DNA of 64,000 nt. Source: Planctomycetota bacterium. Lineage in GTDB: Bacteria; Planctomycetota; PLA2; JAEUHO01. This document shows positions 58,943 to 64,000 of this stretch, one piece after another. Under the pieces are notes generated by a model, which saw only the letters and a program-made list of their open reading frames with translations, was not told the origin of the DNA and did no database searches. Every line of letters begins with the position of its first letter. The first letter of the stretch is position 1. The DNA is taken from NCBI GenBank assembly GCA_965223505.1, contig CBDCWP010000031.1, forward strand, positions 64,001-128,000, written 5' to 3'. The translations under genes were made by a program, and so were the position numbers.

Positions 58943-60302
58943 TCCCACGCCGCAACACGTGCTCGTCGTCGGAGCGGGCGGGATCGGATGTCCGGCGGCC
59001 TGGGGGCTGCGGGAGCGCGGCACGCCGCGCGTGACGCTGATCGACCCGGACGTCGTCGAGGCGTCGAACCTGCCGCGCCAGGTGCTCTACACACCGGACG
59101 ACGTGGCGCGTCCGAAGGCCGAGGTGGCTGCCGAGCGGTTGGGGGGCGCGGCGCGCGGCGTCTTCGGCGTGCACGCCCGCCTGGACGATGCGAACGCCGA
59201 CCGCTTCCTCGACGGCGTCGACGTCGTCATCGACGCGACGGACGGCGCGCGCGTCAAGGACTGGGTCAACCAGCTGGCGGTCCGCACGCGCCTGCCTCTG
59301 GTTCACGCGGCGGGCTTGCGCGCGGAGGCGCGGCTGCTGCCGGTGCCGGCGGGCGGCCGGCCCTGCCTGGCCTGCCTGTTCGGGCGGCTCGAGGACGAGA
59401 CCGGTTCCTGCGCCGACCTCGGCGTCTGGAACGCGGCGGTGGGGACGGTCGGCTTCCTTGCTGCGCAGTGCGCGCACGAGCTCGCGGCGCGCCGGGCACG
59501 GGCGGCGTATCACGTGCTCGATTTCGAGACGCTTCGTCGCACCGATCTGGACGTGCGGCCTGACGACGCGTGTCCGGTTTGCGTGACGGAGGGCGCGCCG
59601 GTCGAGGCGTACCCCGATGACGCCGCGTGCGCGCCGACCGAGCCGGCGCAGGCCGCGATGCCGTCCGGCGACGTGCTGGATCTGGTCGAGGAACGCTGTC
59701 CGATGAACCTCCTGCGCGCTCGCCGCGCGCTCGAAGCGTGCCCGGTGGGCGACGTGCTCGAGATCCATCTCGGCGCGGAAGGCGCGGAGACCGTGCCGAG
59801 CGGGGTGCAGGCGCTCGGCCACGACGTGATCCTGCGCGAACCGCTCGGCGCGGGACTGCGGCTCGAGGTGCGGGCGGGCGACACGGCCGACCGGGCCGTT
59901 CTCGATCCGGGCGCCCTGAAGCGCTTCGCGCGGCAGGTCGTGTTGCCCGAGATCGGCGAGGCGGGGCAGGCACGACTACGGGACGCGACGGTGTCGGTGC
60001 GCGGCACGGGCGCCGCGCTTGCGTCCTGCGCGCTCTATCTCGCTGCGAGCGGCGTCGGCATGCTCTACGTGCAGGGCGACGTCGCGCCGTTCGGCGCCGC
60101 CTCAATCGTCGACGTCTGTGCGCGCCGGTCGATCGGCACCGTGACCGCCTGCGACCACGAGCCGCGCGTCGACGTCGTCTGCGACACGGACACCGTCGAC
60201 GGCGTCGTCGCGTCCATCGCGGGGGACGACGCCCTCGCGCGCGGGGCCGTCTTCGCGCATCGCGTCCAGCGGGAGATCGTGAGCGCCTACGACGGCAAGT
60301 GA
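58926..60302 (+). CDS. ThiF/MoeB adenylyltransferase - TusA - degenerate ThiF fusion
   Basis: VLVVGAGGIG, IDPD.VE.SNLPRQ, DATD, CLAC, SC...G, CPVC; LDL..ERCPMN TusA-like; RFARQVVLPEIG.AGQ.RL. Confidence 0.85.
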   Translation: MTNQADPTPQHVLVVGAGGIGCPAAWGLRERGTPRVTLIDPDVVEASNLPRQVLYTPDDVARPKAEVAAERLGGAARGVFGVHARLDDANADRFLDGVDVVIDATDGARVKDWVNQLAVRTRLPLVHAAGLRAEARLLPVPAGGRPCLACLFGRLEDETGSCADLGVWNAAVGTVGFLAAQCAHELAARRARAAYHVLDFETLRRTDLDVRPDDACPVCVTEGAPVEAYPDDAACAPTEPAQAAMPSGDVLDLVEERCPMNLLRARRALEACPVGDVLEIHLGAEGAETVPSGVQALGHDVILREPLGAGLRLEVRAGDTADRAVLDPGALKRFARQVVLPEIGEAGQARLRDATVSVRGTGAALASCALYLAASGVGMLYVQGDVAPFGAASIVDVCARRSIGTVTACDHEPRVDVVCDTDTVDGVVASIAGDDALARGAVFAHRVQREIVSAYDGK

Positions 60303-61204
60303 CGGTAGAGATTCAAGTAGAAGCTCAGGACGCGCGCGGCGATCACGCCGCCGATGACCAACATCATCACGACCGGCAGGATGGCCGTGGTCTTCTTGCG
60401 GCGCAGCTCCACGTCGAGCTCGAGCTCGGAGGCGATTCCGCGCGCGGCCTGCGCCGTCTCGCCGGCGCGCTCGGCGGCGATGAGTCGGTCGGCGAACGAA
60501 TGCGGGATCGTCTTCCAGGCGCCCCCCAGATCGAGGCCCTCGCGCACACGGCTGCGCGCGTTGTAGAGATCCACGGCGGCGCGCCCGCCCGCGCCCGCGA
60601 CGACGGCCAGCTCCAGCGTTTCGTTCAGCGGCACCCCCGCCTGCTCGCACGCGGCCAGCACGGTGAACGCGCGCGCGTCGGCCTCTTCGACGCGGTTGCG
60701 TGTGAGCAGGTTGTTCGACGGCGGCCGCGGGGCGACGATCTCGTTGGGCACCGCTTCGGGCACGCTCGCGCGCCTCGAGAGGATGACGTAGAGGAGGACC
60801 GGGACGAGTGTCGCGGCGCTCCACTTGAGTCCGGCAAAGAACTCGCCCTTGACCCAGTCGGGGCCCGCGAGCAGGACGGCGCCGAGGCAGGCGAGGAACA
60901 TGGGGTAGGCGAGCGCGGCCTTGCGCTGCTTCGTGCGGCGCGCCTCCTCTTCGTGGGCGTCGGCGATCTGCGCCAGGGTCTGCTCGAGGGTGCCGCTCTT
61001 CTCGCCGGCGTGCAGCAGGGCCCGGTCCACGGGCGTCACGAATCGTTGAAGCGCGGACGCCAGGCTCTCCCCGCCCGCGAGGGCGTCCCGCGCTTCGTGC
61101 AACCGGCCGTCGCGGCCGCCGGCGGACTCGACGATCTCGGGCCAGGACAGGCCCGCCCGGTAGAGCGTCGCCATGCTGCGAAATTGTGCCGCTTTCAATG
61201 CCAT
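60287..61204 (-). CDS. Type II secretion / type IV pilus F-family (GspF/PilC-like) membrane protein
   Basis: GESLA.AL, AGEKSGTLE..L..IA, ALAYP, AGVPL.E.L, AERAGE. Confidence 0.82.
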   Translation of the reverse strand: MALKAAQFRSMATLYRAGLSWPEIVESAGGRDGRLHEARDALAGGESLASALQRFVTPVDRALLHAGEKSGTLEQTLAQIADAHEEEARRTKQRKAALAYPMFLACLGAVLLAGPDWVKGEFFAGLKWSAATLVPVLLYVILSRRASVPEAVPNEIVAPRPPSNNLLTRNRVEEADARAFTVLAACEQAGVPLNETLELAVVAGAGGRAAVDLYNARSRVREGLDLGGAWKTIPHSFADRLIAAERAGETAQAARGIASELELDVELRRKKTTAILPVVMMLVIGGVIAARVLSFYLNLYRHLPS

Positions 61205-61366
61205 GCGGCCCCCAAGCTACCTCGCCCGTCACCACAGGTCCGAGCGGGTCGCGAACTGCGGCCGATCCGGCTCGTTCCATCGAACGGCGCCGCCCTCCAA
61301 CCGCTATGATGGCGGACTGCCCGGTTGCGTTCCCCCAACCGGGTCCCCTGCGGAAAAGAGCTCCTC

Positions 61367-62476
61367 ATGTCACAAGTCATCGAATGCCCTAGCTGTTCCA
61401 AGAAGTTCAAGTTGCCGCCGCAGCCGCCGGCCATCTTCACCTGCACCGGATGTCAGACGCCGATGGACCTCTCCGACTTCGGCGGCGCCGAGGCGCCTCC
61501 GCCTCCGCCCGCCGGCCGTCGCGCCGTGCGCCGCGGCGGCGGTCGCAGCGCGCCGCGACGGGGCGGGCGTCCCTCCGCCCGCCGGGGGCGCGGCCGCGGC
61601 GCGCGCGGCGGGCACGACGACTACGACGACGAAGACGGCGGGTACCGCGGGCGCGGTCGCCGCGAGCAGAACAACACCGGTCTGGTCATCGGCGCCGGCG
61701 TCGCGGTGATCATCGCGGTGATCGCGGTCATTGCGATCACGAAGGACGATGACCCGGCCCCGGACGAGGGCACCAACGTCGCGGACAACGAAGCGGGCGG
61801 CACCGGCGCGACCGACACCACCGGCATGATGACGACGCCCAACCCGATGAACCCCGGCGGGGTGCCGGGAACGCCGACACCGGTTCCGTCGGGCACCAAC
61901 CCGTCGGGCGCGAACCCGGACGCGAACCCGGGTGCGAATCCCGCGGGGGCGGACCCGGCGGCAGGCAGCGAGGATCCGCAGGCCGGTCGCCTGCCCCGGC
62001 GTCGAAGCGGTTCACTCAGGCTCAAGAACATCAATCTCAAGGTGTTCGACTGGCCGGACGAGGTCCCGGCGGAGACCCGCGGCAAGGTCGAGGAGGCGAT
62101 CGAGAACCTGTACCTCGGTGGCCGCGACGGCATCGACGCCGAGGCGTACCTGGTGAAGGAGGGCCACAAGATCTGTGGTCGCATCATCAGTGAGTTCAAG
62201 ACCGTCACCGACGAGTTCGGTCTGGATAGTCGCGAGGGGATGTCGCGTTTGATGGTGCTCGACCGAACCTTGCGCAAGATCGACGGTTATCAGGAACGCC
62301 GCTGGCGCCGCTACGAGCCGATCAAGCACGCGTCGGCCGAGAGCTATGCGATGAGCGGCATGAAGATCTGGGTGCACTGGTGGGACTCGGGTGAGTGGAA
62401 GGAAGAGCCTCGCAAGCCCTGGGATCCGCGGATCGACAGCAAGGACGACGAAGAAGAAGAGAAGAAGGACTCGTAA
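61367..62476 (+). CDS. Membrane protein with N-terminal zinc ribbon, Arg/Gly-rich linker, single TM and low-complexity NP-rich region
   Basis: CPSC...[26 protein letters not shown]. Confidence 0.75.
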   Translation: MSQVIECPSCSKKFKLPPQPPAIFTCTGCQTPMDLSDFGGAEAPPPPPAGRRAVRRGGGRSAPRRGGRPSARRGRGRGARGGHDDYDDEDGGYRGRGRREQNNTGLVIGAGVAVIIAVIAVIAITKDDDPAPDEGTNVADNEAGGTGATDTTGMMTTPNPMNPGGVPGTPTPVPSGTNPSGANPDANPGANPAGADPAAGSEDPQAGRLPRRRSGSLRLKNINLKVFDWPDEVPAETRGKVEEAIENLYLGGRDGIDAEAYLVKEGHKICGRIISEFKTVTDEFGLDSREGMSRLMVLDRTLRKIDGYQERRWRRYEPIKHASAESYAMSGMKIWVHWWDSGEWKEEPRKPWDPRIDSKDDEEEEKKDS

Positions 62477-62486
62477 CGGCGCGCCC

Positions 62487-64000
62487 GTGTCCGACGCTTC
62501 GGGACCGACCCTGACCCGCGACGGCATCGCGCGCTCGGACGCACCGTTTCGTCTGACGAGCCGGTTTCGACCCGCCGGTGACCAGGCGGACGCGATTCGC
62601 GCGTTGGTCGAGGGCGACCGCAGCGGCGCCAAACAGCAGGTTCTGCTCGGCGTGACCGGCTCGGGCAAGACGTTCACGATCGCGAACGTGATCGCCGCGC
62701 TGAACCGGCCGACGCTGATCCTCGCGCCCAACAAGACGCTCGCCTCGCAGCTATTCGAGGAATTCCGCGTCTTGTTCCCTGAGAACGCGGTCGAGTACTT
62801 CGTCTCGTTCTACGACTACTACCAGCCCGAGGCGTACGTGCCCGCACGGGATCTCTACATCGAGAAGGACGCGTCGATCAACGACCGCATCGATCGCATG
62901 CGTCACGCCGCGACGAAGGCCGCGCTGACGCGCCGCGACGTGATCGTCGTGGCCAGCGTCTCGTGCATCTACGGCCTCGGCTCGCCGGAGGAGTACCGCA
63001 ACTTCCACGTCTGGATCCAGGAGGGCGACGAGGTCGACCGCGACGTGGTCCTGCGGCGTCTGGCGCGCATCCGCTATCAGCGCAACGACGTCTCGCCCGG
63101 CCGCGGCTGCTTTCGCGTGCGCGGCGACGTCGTGGAGATCGGACCGGCGGACTCGTCCGACCGTCTCCTGCGCGTCGAGTGGTTCGGCGACACGGTCGAA
63201 CGCATCGAAGAGATCGATCTGCTGACGGGCGAGGTCCTGGGCAAGCGCGACTCGGCGTCGTTCTTCCCGTCGAGCCACTACATGCAGAGCGACCAGGCCC
63301 TGAAACGGGCGATCCGCGAGATCGCGCAGGAGTTGGAAGAGCGCGTCGAGTTCTTCAAGGCGAACGGGAAGCTGGTCGAAGCGGACCGGTTGCTGCGCCG
63401 CACGAAGTACGACCTCGCCTTGATGCGCGAAACGGGCTTCTGCCCCGGCATCGAGAACTACTCGCGGCATCTGGACGGACGGCAGGTGGGGGAGCCGCCG
63501 GCGACGTTGCTCGACTATCTCGACGAGGACTTCCTGTTGGTCGTGGACGAGAGCCACGTCGCCGTGCCGCAGGTCGGCGGCATGTTCCACGCCGACCGTC
63601 GGCGCAAGGAGAACCTGGTCGAGTACGGCTTCCGGCTGCCGTGCGCGCTGGACAACCGGCCGCTCACGTTCGAGGAGTTCGAGGCGCGCATCGACCGGAC
63701 GCTCTACTCGTCGGCGACGCCGGGACCGTACGAGCGCAAGCGCGCCGAGGGGCACGTCGTCGAGCAGGTCATCCGTCCTACCGGGCTGATCGACCCCGCG
63801 GTCGAGGTGCGGCCGGCCCGCGGGCAGGTGGACGACCTGCTGTCGGAGGTGCGCGCGCGGGCGGAGCGCGACGAGCGCGTCCTGGTCACCACGCTGACGA
63901 AGCGCATGGCGGAGGATCTGACGGAGCACTTCACGGACATCGGCGTGAAGGCGCGCTACATGCACTCGGACATCAACACGTTGGAGCGCGCGGAGATCCT
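62487..64000 (+). CDS. uvrB: Excinuclease ABC subunit B (partial, runs off right edge)
   Basis: Read manually: [86 protein letters not shown]; start approximate. Confidence 0.97.
   Translation, partial: MSDASGPTLTRDGIARSDAPFRLTSRFRPAGDQADAIRALVEGDRSGAKQQVLLGVTGSGKTFTIANVIAALNRPTLILAPNKTLASQLFEEFRVLFPENAVEYFVSFYDYYQPEAYVPARDLYIEKDASINDRIDRMRHAATKAALTRRDVIVVASVSCIYGLGSPEEYRNFHVWIQEGDEVDRDVVLRRLARIRYQRNDVSPGRGCFRVRGDVVEIGPADSSDRLLRVEWFGDTVERIEEIDLLTGEVLGKRDSASFFPSSHYMQSDQALKRAIREIAQELEERVEFFKANGKLVEADRLLRRTKYDLALMRETGFCPGIENYSRHLDGRQVGEPPATLLDYLDEDFLLVVDESHVAVPQVGGMFHADRRRKENLVEYGFRLPCALDNRPLTFEEFEARIDRTLYSSATPGPYERKRAEGHVVEQVIRPTGLIDPAVEVRPARGQVDDLLSEVRARAERDERVLVTTLTKRMAEDLTEHFTDIGVKARYMHSDINTLERAEI

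Noticed and set aside
61320..61343. CCCGGTTG/CAACCGGG hairpin as terminator or riboswitch
   Set aside because: Lies between divergent genes with no U-tract and no recognisable aptamer; insufficient support.

Overview
High-GC bacterial chromosome segment, very probably Planctomycetota (inferred from a TIGR02999-type ECF sigma factor, a Ser/Thr kinase-FGE fusion, ECF-sigma/TM/carboxypeptidase-like giant fusions and planctomycete-type secretin motifs). It holds about 50 CDS and one tRNA-Arg(ACG). Housekeeping genes (argG, lipB, nadA, uup, ada, atl, feoAB, uvrB partial) are mixed with many lineage-specific secreted or lipoprotein genes. Two real genes run off the window edges and are missing from the ORF track (1-2270 minus; uvrB 62487-64000). 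No CRISPR array, integrase or transposase is visible. Best leads: (1) a thioredoxin-fold gene split by an in-frame UGA at the redox-Cys position and followed by a SECIS-like hairpin (candidate selenoprotein); (2) a NorBC-like heme-copper oxidase pair with altered metal ligands; (3) a ThiF-TusA-degenerate ThiF fusion resembling a single-chain pseudo-dimeric E1; (4) two membrane-tethered ECF sigma fusions sharing an upstream promoter-like motif and each carrying an internal SD plus start codon just before the TM helix; (5) a tRNA-adjacent TIR / CHAT / lipoprotein-metzincin-lipoprotein block; (6) a tRNA-linked tandem repeat, a CTAG-flanked MITE candidate and a G7-tract frameshift. All family assignments come from motif recognition by eye; no database search was run.
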